A stretch of DNA of 64,000 nucleotides from a virus. Below the pieces are notes generated by a model. The model worked only from the letters and a program-made list of their open reading frames with translations, ran no database searches and was not told where the DNA came from. Positions 9,136 through 19,382 of the stretch are shown here, piece after piece (position 1 is the first letter of the stretch; each line of letters begins with the position of its first letter). The translations under genes and the position numbers were made by a program. The stretch spans positions 1 to 64,000 of IMG/VR virus record IMGVR_UViG_3300005613_000024; one strand, 5' to 3'.

Positions 9136-9507
9136 ATGAAAGAATCAATAAAAACAAAAGAATTAAAAGAATTTATCAAGATATTAAAAAAGAATGATTT
9201 TAAAGTATATGCTCCTAAAAAAATAACTACTTATTGTCATTTTGTAAAAAATAATAATATAGGATATGTAGAAAGAACAGATTCTGGATTTAATTTTTCA
9301 AGCGTTCACAAGCCAAATAATAGATGCGGGACAGGGTACGGCATATTTAGAGAAGAATACAGTCCTACAATAAGTCATGCTGAAAGATGTTTTATATATA
9401 AGCCAAACTGGGCAAGCGTAAATGATATTGTAGAAAAATATAAAAGCTGGGATGATTATATTTCTAATTCAATAAATCAAATAATAAAATATTACGAGGT
9501 TAAATAA
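9136..9507 (+). CDS. Hypothetical early protein
   Basis: GGAGG RBS. Confidence 0.6.
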   Translation: MKESIKTKELKEFIKILKKNDFKVYAPKKITTYCHFVKNNNIGYVERTDSGFNFSSVHKPNNRCGTGYGIFREEYSPTISHAERCFIYKPNWASVNDIVEKYKSWDDYISNSINQIIKYYEVK

Positions 9508-9590
9508 ATGAATGGGGTAGAAAATCAAGAGGACAATTTAATAATCTTTGAAGCCTAATATAAACAAATAATATAAGGAGATTTAAAATT

Positions 9591-9827
9591 ATGGAAAAGG
9601 CTTATTTTAAAGAAAAAATAGATAGTATGATGCCGGACTTGATACAAGATATTACAAAGGAAAGTATGAGATTATTTAATAGTGGAGCCATTGATACAAA
9701 TCAATATGAAAATGATTATTTATTGCCCAGAATAATATTGACGGTTGCTATTGAAAATCAAATAAAACAATATTTTCCTTTATGTATTGAAGGAAAAAAA
9801 GAAGTTAAAAATTTAAGGCACTTTTAA
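9591..9827 (+). CDS. Hypothetical early protein
   Basis: AAGGAG RBS. Confidence 0.6.
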   Translation: MEKAYFKEKIDSMMPDLIQDITKESMRLFNSGAIDTNQYENDYLLPRIILTVAIENQIKQYFPLCIEGKKEVKNLRHF

Positions 9828-10403
9828 TAATAGTTTAATATGGAGATATTTTGAAATGAAAGAAATTTCAAGAATATGCGATAAAGAAGGTAAAAATAAA
9901 AGTAAAGTAATATATAATTTTGAAACAGAAATATTACAAGGGCAAAATTTATCCTACAGTAAATCAATGGGATTAAAAGAATACAAAAAGATAAAAGAAA
10001 ATACAATAAAACAAGCTAAAATTAAAGGCTGGAATTTAACCTTTGAAATAGTAAAATAAACTTATTAAATAAAGGAATATAAACTATGACAATTTTCAAG
10101 GGAAGCATTAGAACAAACAATATAGGAGGTAAAAAAGAAATGGAAAATAAAATCTATGTTTTGTTGGAATTGTTTTATGAAGGAGATAGTTTTTTGATTG
10201 ATGATTCTTTTGTTGCTTGCAGTCAAAATATCAAAAAATTAGAAAAAATTATTCCCTCTGATAGTGAATTATATTACCCCAAAGAAAAAATCCCCAATGA
10301 CGGGCATTATGGGGATTCAAGAAAAAGATTTAGAATTATTGAAACAAATATACTTTAAAATATAATATCTTTGAATAAAAAACTAAACAAAAGGAGATAA
10401 ACA

Positions 10404-11222
10404 ATGAAGAAAAAAATTATTACTTATGAAGATGTAGAAATATCAAAAGAATTAAGAAATAAATGTACAGAATATTTAAAAAATAATCCTATTGAGACTT
10501 ATTGGGATTATAGAGATAAATTGTCACTTGAACAAGTCGAAAAACTTATGACAAGTCAAGAAGAATATTATAATCTTGAAAATGAAATATTTGAAATAAA
10601 TTTAGATTATCAATTTGAGTTAGAAAAAGAATTACTGGAAAATATGCAAGAAGAATTTACAGAGTTAAAAGAATTTGATATATCAGAATTAAGAGAAGAA
10701 TTCCTCGATGATATTATAATTAATTTTGACATAAAGCAGTTAATAAAAAATGCTCCCGATGTTAGAATTAGAATAGTAATACATAGTAATTATGAAGGTG
10801 TTGGCTGGCAAGATAGGGAATATGGCTTTAATAAGCATGATTATATTAAAGCACTTAAAAGAATATTGAAAGGTAAATATGACGAAAAATCTTTTCAACA
10901 AGAATTAGACAATATATGCTCTAGTGTCAATCAGTTTATTTTTTATATGAAATGTGACGTTGAAAGTTTAATCGGAATTAAAGAGAAATTTAAAAAAAGT
11001 ATAACTATTCCAAAGACTGCATGGGCTGGATTCTATGATTCTTGGAATGGGTCTGGAAGTGTTTTAGAGATAAAATTATTAGATAATATTACTTTGAAAA
11101 AACAATATGGAAAGACTGAATATGACAGCATTGACATTGTATTAGATGAAAATAACAAATATAGCGTAGAAAGTGTTTATGGATTATGTAACGTGCCAGA
11201 ATGTAATATAACAGTAAAATAA
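10404..11222 (+). CDS. Hypothetical acidic protein
   Basis: AAGGAG RBS; GFYDSWNGSGSVLEI looks like a conserved motif. Confidence 0.65.
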   Translation: MKKKIITYEDVEISKELRNKCTEYLKNNPIETYWDYRDKLSLEQVEKLMTSQEEYYNLENEIFEINLDYQFELEKELLENMQEEFTELKEFDISELREEFLDDIIINFDIKQLIKNAPDVRIRIVIHSNYEGVGWQDREYGFNKHDYIKALKRILKGKYDEKSFQQELDNICSSVNQFIFYMKCDVESLIGIKEKFKKSITIPKTAWAGFYDSWNGSGSVLEIKLLDNITLKKQYGKTEYDSIDIVLDENNKYSVESVYGLCNVPECNITVK

Positions 11223-11561
11223 TTATGATTAAATACAAAATAAAAAATACATTAATGATTTTAGTTTGCATTTTTTACTTGACAATATTTACTAGTTTTT
11301 TGTGGGAAATGTATAAAATGGGATTCTTTAAATAAAAAAGGAGAAATAATGAAAAATAATTTCTCATTTAACAAATATTCATTATTAAACTGTATGATGA
11401 TACAGTTAAAAGAAGATGGGGAAAAGAATACTTGGGAATGGATAGAATCAATTAGCAATCCTTTTAAAAGACTGCAAAATAGACAATTATTTTTTATGGC
11501 AAAAAGAAAATTAAACTACAAATAAAAGAAATTCTTAAAACAAAATAAAGAAAATAAAACT

Positions 11562-11921
11562 ATGACAAAAAAAGAAAAACATCTTATTTATAAAATAGCA
11601 AAAAAGACTAGAAAAAAACTGTTAAAAAGATGCAGAGGATACAGTGTTAGTCGAGAAGTCTTTAAAATAGAAACTTTGGCAGGTTATTGTTACGAAGCAA
11701 GCGAGGCTTTACAGCTTAAACTTGAAAAACATAAAATATATACTTCTTTAATACAAGGTCGTGTCAAAAAAGGCGGTTATCATTACTGGCTTGAATATAA
11801 AGGAAATATAATTGATTTAACAGCGTGTCAATTTAATAGATATACAAGATATAAATTTCCTTTAATATTAGTTAAACCAATTTCAAGATTAAAATATTTT
11901 ATTAGAGAAAATATAATTTAA
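11562..11921 (+). CDS. Possible transglutaminase/papain-like (Cys-His-Asp) protein
   Basis: GYCYEAS...HYWLE...IIDLTACQF triad spacing. Confidence 0.45.
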   Translation: MTKKEKHLIYKIAKKTRKKLLKRCRGYSVSREVFKIETLAGYCYEASEALQLKLEKHKIYTSLIQGRVKKGGYHYWLEYKGNIIDLTACQFNRYTRYKFPLILVKPISRLKYFIRENII

Positions 11922-12928
11922 TAACAAAAAGAAGAAAGGGCAAAATGTTAAAATTATTATTTGTGTTCTTAAGTATTTGGTGGAGTCTTATTAATTGCTT
12001 TAAAATAATTAGAGGAGAGTATATTCCCTATCTTAATATTTTATTTCAGGCAATAGGAATAACAGGCTTTGTTTATATGCAATTCTTAATGTAAAAAAGA
12101 AAGGATAAACTATGCTAAAAACTAATTTTGAAGCTGAATTTAAAAAGTATTGTCTACAGTTAGAAAGTATAGAAAGTCAATTATATAACACTTTTAATTT
12201 AAAGCAAAAAGATATATTGAGACAAAAAATAAAGAATATGAAAAAATGGATAGATAAACTTTTAGATGAATATAATAGAGAAAGGAGTTAAAATGATTAA
12301 TGTTTCACATTTATTTGAATATGTAAAAGACCATTTAGAACATTTTGGCTTTTATCCTTATGACTTTGAAGATGGAAAAACAGAAGAAATAATAAAATAT
12401 CCCGAATATTTGAATCTGTTTAGTGATAATCAACAAAAAGAATTAAATAAAATTTTTGATAATCATGCAGAGTATAAATAAATTTGCATTTTAGCAAATA
12501 ATATGTTAAATTTATTAAAAGGAGAATAAAAAATGATTAAATTAGATATTACCCCAAAATTAAAAAGACAGCTTAAAAGAAAATATAAAATTACTAATTT
12601 AAAAGACTTTATTGAGTGGCACATTAGGTTTGTTGATATTATCGAAGAACAGTATTATAAAACATATCAACATGTTTCAGTAACAGTTTGTGAAGAATTA
12701 GACCCTAATTCAATGACAAATAGTGAAGAAACGTAATAAAGGATTAATCATGTATCGTGCAGGAATACTTAAAATTGATGGAACAAGAGATTCAGAGAAC
12801 TTTCCTGATAAAGAGAAAGCTGAACAATGGGTATTATCTAAAGTAGAAAAAGGGAATGTTAAACGAAGCATAATAGTTAATAAGAAAAATATAAATGAAA
12901 GAGATACTGTTAATTGGGAGAAAGAATA

Positions 12929-13324
12929 ATGAAAATATTAATATCTACTTCAAAAACACAAGGACAAAGAAAATCAGATTTTAATTGGACAAAAGAAGGA
13001 GAATTAGTAAAATTTGGATTTGAATGTGATACAGATAAAAGAAAGATTGATGGAAAATGTGGATGTAGACGTTCTATGGTAGGATTAGATACAGCAAAAG
13101 GCACTACAACATTTAAAGTTATAGATATGTCAATATCTCATAAAGATTATGTTCATAGAATTAAAGATAGTTTTGTAAAAACTGGTTGGGGAGAAGTTGG
13201 AATTGATATTATAGATATGTCGGAAAGTGACGCTATTCAATTAGAAGAAATTGCTAATCATTTTTCAGTTAATACTATATTGGAAAAAAGAGGAGATAAA
13301 TTTGTAGAAAGGAAAAAGTGCTAG
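12929..13324 (+). CDS. Conserved hypothetical protein, Cys-rich
   Basis: TQGQRKSDFNW..EGELV...C...CGCRR...G....KGTTT pattern, recalled from a bacterial hypothetical family. Confidence 0.55.
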   Translation: MKILISTSKTQGQRKSDFNWTKEGELVKFGFECDTDKRKIDGKCGCRRSMVGLDTAKGTTTFKVIDMSISHKDYVHRIKDSFVKTGWGEVGIDIIDMSESDAIQLEEIANHFSVNTILEKRGDKFVERKKC

Positions 13325-13481
13325 AATGACATTTTATTTCTACTGGTCATATTATGCTTTTTATTTATATTTTAAAATATTAAAGAAAAAATATAGATTT
13401 AGATTCATTCCTGAATTTCATGCAGGGTCAAAAGATAAGAGAAGATTTTTATTTACTAATATTAAATAAAGGAGAAGAAAA

Positions 13482-13658
13482 ATGGGAAATATGTCATATT
13501 GTAGATTTGAAAATACATCAAATGACCTTGAAGATTGTCTGGAGGCTATGTCAGAAAATGATTTTAATTTAAAAGAATTATCAGAATACGAACAAGATGG
13601 GTATAAAAAATTATTGAGACTTTGTAAAGATATTACAGAAGATTTTGGTGACGAATAA
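13482..13658 (+). CDS. Small conserved phage protein (NMSYCRFENT type)
   Basis: MGNMSYCRFENTSNDLEDC... with AAGGAG RBS; not in ORF track. Confidence 0.7.
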   Translation: MGNMSYCRFENTSNDLEDCLEAMSENDFNLKELSEYEQDGYKKLLRLCKDITEDFGDE

Positions 13659-14040
13659 AGAAAGGAGAAAAAATGAAAATATCATCTATAACATTCAATG
13701 TAATATTTTTTATTGTTTTTATCTTTTGTTTAATCATGGCATCTATTAATGTAGTATTAGCAAGAACAGTATGGTATTTGTATGGTATATCGTTAGTTAT
13801 TTACGGATTCTTTTTATACAAAAAAGACAAAGTGAGAATTAAGTAACTATTCATTTAATTAAGGAGACATAAAATCATGAAAGTAGCTTATCAAGTTTGG
13901 CAGATATGGGAAGATAATGGAAATGAATTTCTTGTTGGAACATATTTAACGAACAACAGAGCCATGCAAGAGCAGAAATTGTTAGAAAAAGATAATGATT
14001 TAAGAGTGCAATATATTATAAGAAAGGAGAGAGTGATAGA

Positions 14041-14328
14041 ATGAAATGTTTATTTAAAAAATTAATTGGTAAGAGAATTAAAACGATTCGTGGATTTCGA
14101 GCAAGACGTGTTGCATGGAGTCAAGTCAAACATCCACAGGTCGAACCTCAATATATCTTGTTTGATGATGAAAAAACTCTTATAAAATTAGAGGAACAAG
14201 ATTATTATACTTATCACGATTGTAATTCGTGGGCAAGAGAGTTATGGATAAAAGAAGATAAAGAAATGTGGAAAAGAATTTATACTAATCGGGTAAATTA
14301 TCCCGTAGTAACAAGGGACATAATATGA
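14041..14328 (+). CDS. Hypothetical protein
   Basis: ORF coupled to the next gene. Confidence 0.55.
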   Translation: MKCLFKKLIGKRIKTIRGFRARRVAWSQVKHPQVEPQYILFDDEKTLIKLEEQDYYTYHDCNSWARELWIKEDKEMWKRIYTNRVNYPVVTRDII

Positions 14329-14738
14329 GAAAATCAATTCTATTTATTTTAATATTCTTTATAACATCTTATGCTTATTGTGATAGATTTTATACTCCTC
14401 AAGAAGTGGTAGCTTCTGTTATTTGTGCCGAAGCAGTTGGGGAAGGTTATGTTGGAATGTATACAGTAGCCAATGTAATTGCTAACAGAGCAAGGAAATA
14501 TAATTTAACTCCTTATGAAGTGGTTATTCAAAAGAATCAATTTTATGGATATACCAATAAAAATAGAGAAGAATTATATAATCAAGGAAAAGAATATTGT
14601 GATGATTTAACAGAAGATATTTTAAATTTGCCTGATATAACAAGAGGAGCAATTTATTTTAGAAGGATTAACGAAAAAAAAGAAAGTTGGCATTTAAAGA
14701 GAACAATAAAAATAAAGAATCATATTTTTTATAAATAA
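14325..14738 (+). CDS. SleB-family cell wall hydrolase (lytic transglycosylase) with signal peptide
   Basis: AEAVGE, VANVIANR, VVIQKNQF, GAIYF and IKNHIFY motifs. Confidence 0.9.
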   Translation: MRKSILFILIFFITSYAYCDRFYTPQEVVASVICAEAVGEGYVGMYTVANVIANRARKYNLTPYEVVIQKNQFYGYTNKNREELYNQGKEYCDDLTEDILNLPDITRGAIYFRRINEKKESWHLKRTIKIKNHIFYK

Positions 14739-14778
14739 AGGAGAGACAATAATAAATTGTGAAAAATACAAAAACAAA

Positions 14779-15090
14779 ATGGAATACCCAAGTAGTCCTA
14801 AAAAGCCTTATTTGTCAAAAGACCATACTTCTGAAGATGTAGCAAAATACAACAAGGAATTAAAAGTCTACGAAAAAGAGATGCCAATATATAGAGAAAA
14901 ACGTAAAGCTTATAGTGTGGAAACCTATAGACTACATCAATTATTTAAACAAGACGCTTTAAAAGAATTGGGCTTATCGAAACATAAAAAAGCTGATAAG
15001 TTGTTTGAAGTGGCTTGGGAAGAAGGTCATAGTAATGGTTTAAATGAAGTTTGGATTTATATGGAAACATTCTCAGAACTTTTAATATAG
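14779..15090 (+). CDS. Conserved phage hypothetical protein
   Basis: FKQDAL..LGL...KADKLF..AWEEGHSNG pattern. Confidence 0.6.
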   Translation: MEYPSSPKKPYLSKDHTSEDVAKYNKELKVYEKEMPIYREKRKAYSVETYRLHQLFKQDALKELGLSKHKKADKLFEVAWEEGHSNGLNEVWIYMETFSELLI

Positions 15091-15272
15091 ATAAGAGAGA
15101 CATGCTTAAAGAAAATGAAAAAATTTATCAAATTATTATGAATACTATACAAAATAAAGCAAAACAAATTCACTGGGAAAAAAGAATAGGAATTTTTCGT
15201 ATATCTTTTTTTAAATTACGAAATAAATGGACTTTGCGTATTGAACTTTCGTCAAACAACTGGAATTAAAAA

Positions 15273-16304
15273 ATGAATAATTTATTTAATATGATTCAAA
15301 ATTTTCAGCAAGAAATAGAAGAAAATAGTATACTCTACGTTCAAGAAGATAAAAATTCTCCTCTTGAAATTACTATTAAGCCAGAAATATTGGACACTTC
15401 GAATTTAGTTACCGAAGAAACAAAAGAACATCTTTGGAGACCTAGCAAGTTCGAGGAATACATTGGACAAGAGAATTTAAAAAATATTATCAAAGCAAGA
15501 ATACGAGGATGCAAAGAAAGAAATCAAATTTTTCCCCACATGCTTATTGACGGGGGAGCGGGAACAGGAAAAAGCACAATTGCCCTATTGACAGCTAAAT
15601 ATTTAGATGTACCTTTAACAGAGTGTGTTGCTAACACTATTAATTCTCCTCAACAATTTGTGGACAAGTTAATAGAAGTAAATGGAGGAATTTTCTTTGT
15701 TGATGAAACTCACGAAATCAATCGAAAAGTAGCAAATTTTATTCTCCCCCTGCTCGAAGATTTTAAAATTAATGGACAAAGAATTAAACCATTTACATTT
15801 TTTGGGGCTACAACGGAATTGGGAACTTTAATCAAAAAATATAAGCCATTTGTCGATAGAATGAAAATACAAAAAACTCTTGAATCTTATAAAATAGATG
15901 AATTGATTGAAATTATAAAACAATATAAGAATAAGTCTTTTCAACAAGAGAGCATTTCAGAAGAAGTTTACAAGTGCATAGCAATTAATTGTAGAGCAAC
16001 GCCAAGAATCGCTTTAAGAATTTTAGAAAATTATATATTTATGAACATGAAAATCGAAGATGTTTTAAAAGCAGAGGGAATTATTAAAGAAGGTTTAACT
16101 AATAACGATATAAAAGTATTAAGATTATTAAATGAAAAAGAAAAAGGTGTAGGATTAAAAGCAATTGCTTCTTATTTGGGAACTAGCGAAGAAAATTATT
16201 TATATAAATATGAGCAATATTTATTACAAAAAGGTTTAATAACTATAACAAGTCGTCGCCAAATTACAGACAATGGAAGGAGATTTTTAAATGAACTATC
16301 TTAA
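15273..16304 (+). CDS. ruvB: Holliday junction branch migration ATPase RuvB-like
   Basis: WRPSKFEEYIGQ, GGAGTGKST, FVDETH, GATT, RATPRIA and a C-terminal winged helix with EQYLLQKGLI. Confidence 0.88.
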   Translation: MNNLFNMIQNFQQEIEENSILYVQEDKNSPLEITIKPEILDTSNLVTEETKEHLWRPSKFEEYIGQENLKNIIKARIRGCKERNQIFPHMLIDGGAGTGKSTIALLTAKYLDVPLTECVANTINSPQQFVDKLIEVNGGIFFVDETHEINRKVANFILPLLEDFKINGQRIKPFTFFGATTELGTLIKKYKPFVDRMKIQKTLESYKIDELIEIIKQYKNKSFQQESISEEVYKCIAINCRATPRIALRILENYIFMNMKIEDVLKAEGIIKEGLTNNDIKVLRLLNEKEKGVGLKAIASYLGTSEENYLYKYEQYLLQKGLITITSRRQITDNGRRFLNELS

Positions 16305-16548
16305 AAGAATTATTGAATTCTTTAAAAGGTTATTTACTCGCTTTATAAATTTATTTAAAAAAGAAGAATATAAACCAATAGATTTAAATTCTTTACAATA
16401 TGAAAAAAAGAAACTGAAACATCAAAAAATATCAAGAAAAGGGGCGTTTGGTAAACAAAGGAATATTATAGATGCTAAACAAAAATTAAGAGTGCTACCT
16501 AAATCAAAAAGAACAAAAGATAATTGTAATGAATGTGGAGTAGAAAAA

Positions 16549-16811
16549 TGACAAATCAAGTTAATAAAAAACGCATTAGATATTTTATTAATAAAAGTTG
16601 TAAATGGAAAATTGCTCATTCTACATTAAAAAATGCTTTAATATATTTATTAGAAAAAAGAAACAAAGGTGTTGATGTTGACTCTTGTTACAAGTGTGCA
16701 GTATGTGAAAATTATCATATAGGTCATTATCCAAATACATCTAAAAAAAGACGAAATGCAAAAAGAAAAACAATCTACTATTTAAAACATAAAGGAGAGT
16801 TGAAAATATGA
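16549..16811 (+). CDS. Small basic Zn-binding hypothetical protein
   Basis: SC..K....YKCAVCENYHIGH motif; start approximate. Confidence 0.5.
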
Positions 16812-17185
16812 ACAAGATACAAAAATATTTTAAGTTTCAAAGAGAAATTGATAAAACAAAAAGAAGAGAATCTATACTAGAAGCAGAAAAGGATAAAATA
16901 TTTATGAGTAAATTTAAAACTGGCGGTCTATATACAGACGCCAGTGGAATATTTGATGTATTTTTTAATAATCCTGATAAATCTTTTGATAGATGGTCTG
17001 CAATAAGGTCTTCACAATGGAAATGGTCAGATGAAAGTTTAAGAAGGAATATTAATAAAATATTTAAGACATTCTATGAAGAAGAATTTATTGTTCGTGA
17101 CGGTAGAGGATATTATACTATCAATCCTGAATATCTCAATACAATAAAAAGAAACCAAAAAAAGGATTCGAATGAACTTGAATGA
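16808..17185 (+). CDS. Hypothetical protein (possible winged-helix C-terminus)
   Basis: GRGYYTINP wing-like end; AAGGAG RBS. Confidence 0.5.
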   Translation: MNKIQKYFKFQREIDKTKRRESILEAEKDKIFMSKFKTGGLYTDASGIFDVFFNNPDKSFDRWSAIRSSQWKWSDESLRRNINKIFKTFYEEEFIVRDGRGYYTINPEYLNTIKRNQKKDSNELE

Positions 17186-17975
17186 ATTTAAAAATTATCT
17201 AAAATTACATTTAGAATCTAATAATAGTAGAGTACAATACTATCATAGAATAAAAATGTTTTTTGAGCAATATAACGAATTTAATCAAGAAACTGTAAAT
17301 GATTTTCTTGCAAAGTGCGTTGATAAAGGATTAAAGGCTCAAACTTTTAATGGATATATGACTGCATTAAAACATTATGCTCGATTTAAAAAATTAGATA
17401 TTGAATTTGCAAATCAAAAATATGTTGAAGAAGAAGATGGAAATTTTGATGACTTTTTAACTAAGAAAGAAATTGAAGAAGAAATATTACCATATTTTGA
17501 TTTAATATTTGAGACTCCAATAAAATTTAAAACAATAATTCGATTCTTATTTACAACTGGTATTCGACCAAAAGAATTAATTAATTTACAAAAAGAAGAT
17601 TTTAATTTTAAAAATAATTCTGTTAAAATTAGACATACTAAAACAAAAAAGAATAGAACGGTTTACATTTCAAAGAAAATCAAATCAGAACTAGAGAAAA
17701 TAATTCAAACCTCGACTACTCAAAATATTTTTGATATGACAAAAAAACAACTATATCATATTTTTGAAAAATGCAACAAAGAATTAAGATATAAAAAACA
17801 CTTACATCTTTATCAACTTCGACATTCCTTTGCTCATCACGCTTTAAAAAATGGAATCGATATTATTTATTTACAAAAATTAATGGGACATTCAGATATT
17901 AAAACTACAATGAAGTATTTAAAATTGCTAGATTCTGAACTTAAAGAAGCTTACATGAAAAAATTTAAATATTAA
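17172..17975 (+). CDS. Xer-like tyrosine recombinase
   Basis: TGIRPKEL (R), TKTKK (K), YQLRHSFA (HxxR with H>Y), LMGH, TMKY. No large N-terminal arm-binding domain. Confidence 0.9.
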   Translation: MNLNEFKNYLKLHLESNNSRVQYYHRIKMFFEQYNEFNQETVNDFLAKCVDKGLKAQTFNGYMTALKHYARFKKLDIEFANQKYVEEEDGNFDDFLTKKEIEEEILPYFDLIFETPIKFKTIIRFLFTTGIRPKELINLQKEDFNFKNNSVKIRHTKTKKNRTVYISKKIKSELEKIIQTSTTQNIFDMTKKQLYHIFEKCNKELRYKKHLHLYQLRHSFAHHALKNGIDIIYLQKLMGHSDIKTTMKYLKLLDSELKEAYMKKFKY

Positions 17976-17988
17976 TAAGGAGAATATC

Positions 17989-18309
17989 GTGAAAAAACCA
18001 ATTAATAACTTTTTTTGTCCTCATTCAGTTTATGAAGATGAAAAATTTAAAAAATTAAAAATTTCATCAAGACATTTATATACAATCTTATGTAAAATAG
18101 CAAACAGACATGCAGAATCCGATGGTTGGTTTTGGAGAAGTATTAAACAATTAGCAAATGACAGTGGTTTAAGTTCAAAATCAGTAGTAGAAGCTAAAAA
18201 AGAATTAGCTGAAAATAGCTTTATAGACATCAAAAGAGGGTATTACAAACATAGTAGATTAAGAAGTTATGATTATTTTAGATTAAATGGGTTTCGATTC
18301 AAGATGTAA
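17989..18309 (+). CDS. Winged-HTH protein resembling the N-terminus of phage replication initiators
   Basis: LY..LC..AN...GWFWRSIKQLANDSGLSSKSVVEAKKELAENSFI. Confidence 0.7.
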   Translation: MKKPINNFFCPHSVYEDEKFKKLKISSRHLYTILCKIANRHAESDGWFWRSIKQLANDSGLSSKSVVEAKKELAENSFIDIKRGYYKHSRLRSYDYFRLNGFRFKM

Positions 18310-18340
18310 AAATTACAATTAAATAATGTAAAAATTACAA
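18304..18340 (+). repeat. Two identical 15-bp direct repeats, 22-bp period (iteron-like)
   Basis: ATGTAAAAATTACAA at 18304-18318 and 18326-18340; each contains the dyad TGTAA-AAA-TTACA. Confidence 0.75.
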
Positions 18341-18653
18341 CATTAAATAAAACATATATAATAATAAAACATTATATCTCTAACTTCAAAAATCTAAAGA
18401 TTTTTTCGTGTCGAAATAAATTTCGACCTTATTTCTCTTATTTTGCTGTATTTAACTGTTAGAATGAACTAAAAGAACGCTCCCGTCAAGCGGGAATTAT
18501 ATAAGTTATTGAATTGAAAGAAGTTATAAAAAATTAAGGAATAGGAAATTTTTTAAGACGTATCGTGAGTCAAAATGATAGGAGAACGTGCATTGAGCGT
18601 TAAATATGAGCGATTATGCTATGATTAAAAATACAATGTTTAATTGTTTTTGA

Positions 18654-18687
18654 CTCTTGACAAACAACAAAAAATATGTTATACTTA
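18654..18687 (+). promoter_or_regulatory. Sigma70-type promoter; exact inverted copy of 2299-2332
   Basis: CTCTTGACAAACAACAAAAAATATGTTATACTTA. Confidence 0.85.
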
Positions 18688-18707
18688 ATAAAAGCAAGGA
18701 GCAAGTG

Positions 18708-18971
18708 ATGAGTGAGAAAAATTTGAAGCCATGTAATTGTTGTGGTGGCAAGGTAAAACTTGGAACAACAGCAACAGGATTTGGGATTCATACTTTTATC
18801 GTAGATTGTCCATCATGTAATAAGTACTGTATGCTTATTGCGGGTGACGCAGATACAAAACCTAATGATAGATATGAAAGACAAAAAGCTATTGATGAAT
18901 ACAATGGTGAAAAGAAGCATAATTGGCTTATTTATGCTGACGATGAACTTATAGAGTGGGGTGCTACATAA
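18708..18971 (+). CDS. Lar-family (restriction alleviation) Zn-ribbon protein
   Basis: LKPCNCCGG...VDCPSC...AIDEYN; AAGGAG RBS. Confidence 0.6.
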   Translation: MSEKNLKPCNCCGGKVKLGTTATGFGIHTFIVDCPSCNKYCMLIAGDADTKPNDRYERQKAIDEYNGEKKHNWLIYADDELIEWGAT

Positions 18972-19382
18972 GGAGCAATAACATGACTGATAAATCTAGT
19001 TGGGAAAAAGATATGACAATATATGAAATTGGGCAAGCGATTAAATCTGTATTGGAGGAGAATGATGGATTACTTTCTATTAAGAAAACTAGCATTAGAT
19101 GAATTAAATAATTCTTGGAAGAAAGTTCTGTCTTATGATGATTGTATTTTAAATAGTTGTGAAGTACCACAAGAACTTTCAGATATGTTTTTTGAACAAG
19201 TAGCAATACATATTTATCCGTATTATATTGAATTTTTAAGAAATTATTATCCCGAACGAAGTTATCTAATTTCGCCTAAATTAGATAAATTATGTCGTAA
19301 GATAAAAGAGGGGGATTGCATCATGAAGCGCATAGAGGAGGAGAAATCTAATGGATAAATTGCTTAAAGAAGGAGAAAAATT

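Noticed and set aside
11279-11310. Additional family promoter at TTGACA 11279
   Set aside because: No acceptable -10 hexamer at 16-18 bp.
17172-17975. Prophage integrase with att site and host flank
   Set aside because: Short Xer-like protein lacking an arm-binding domain; no host-like genes or boundary in the window, and no att core identifiable.
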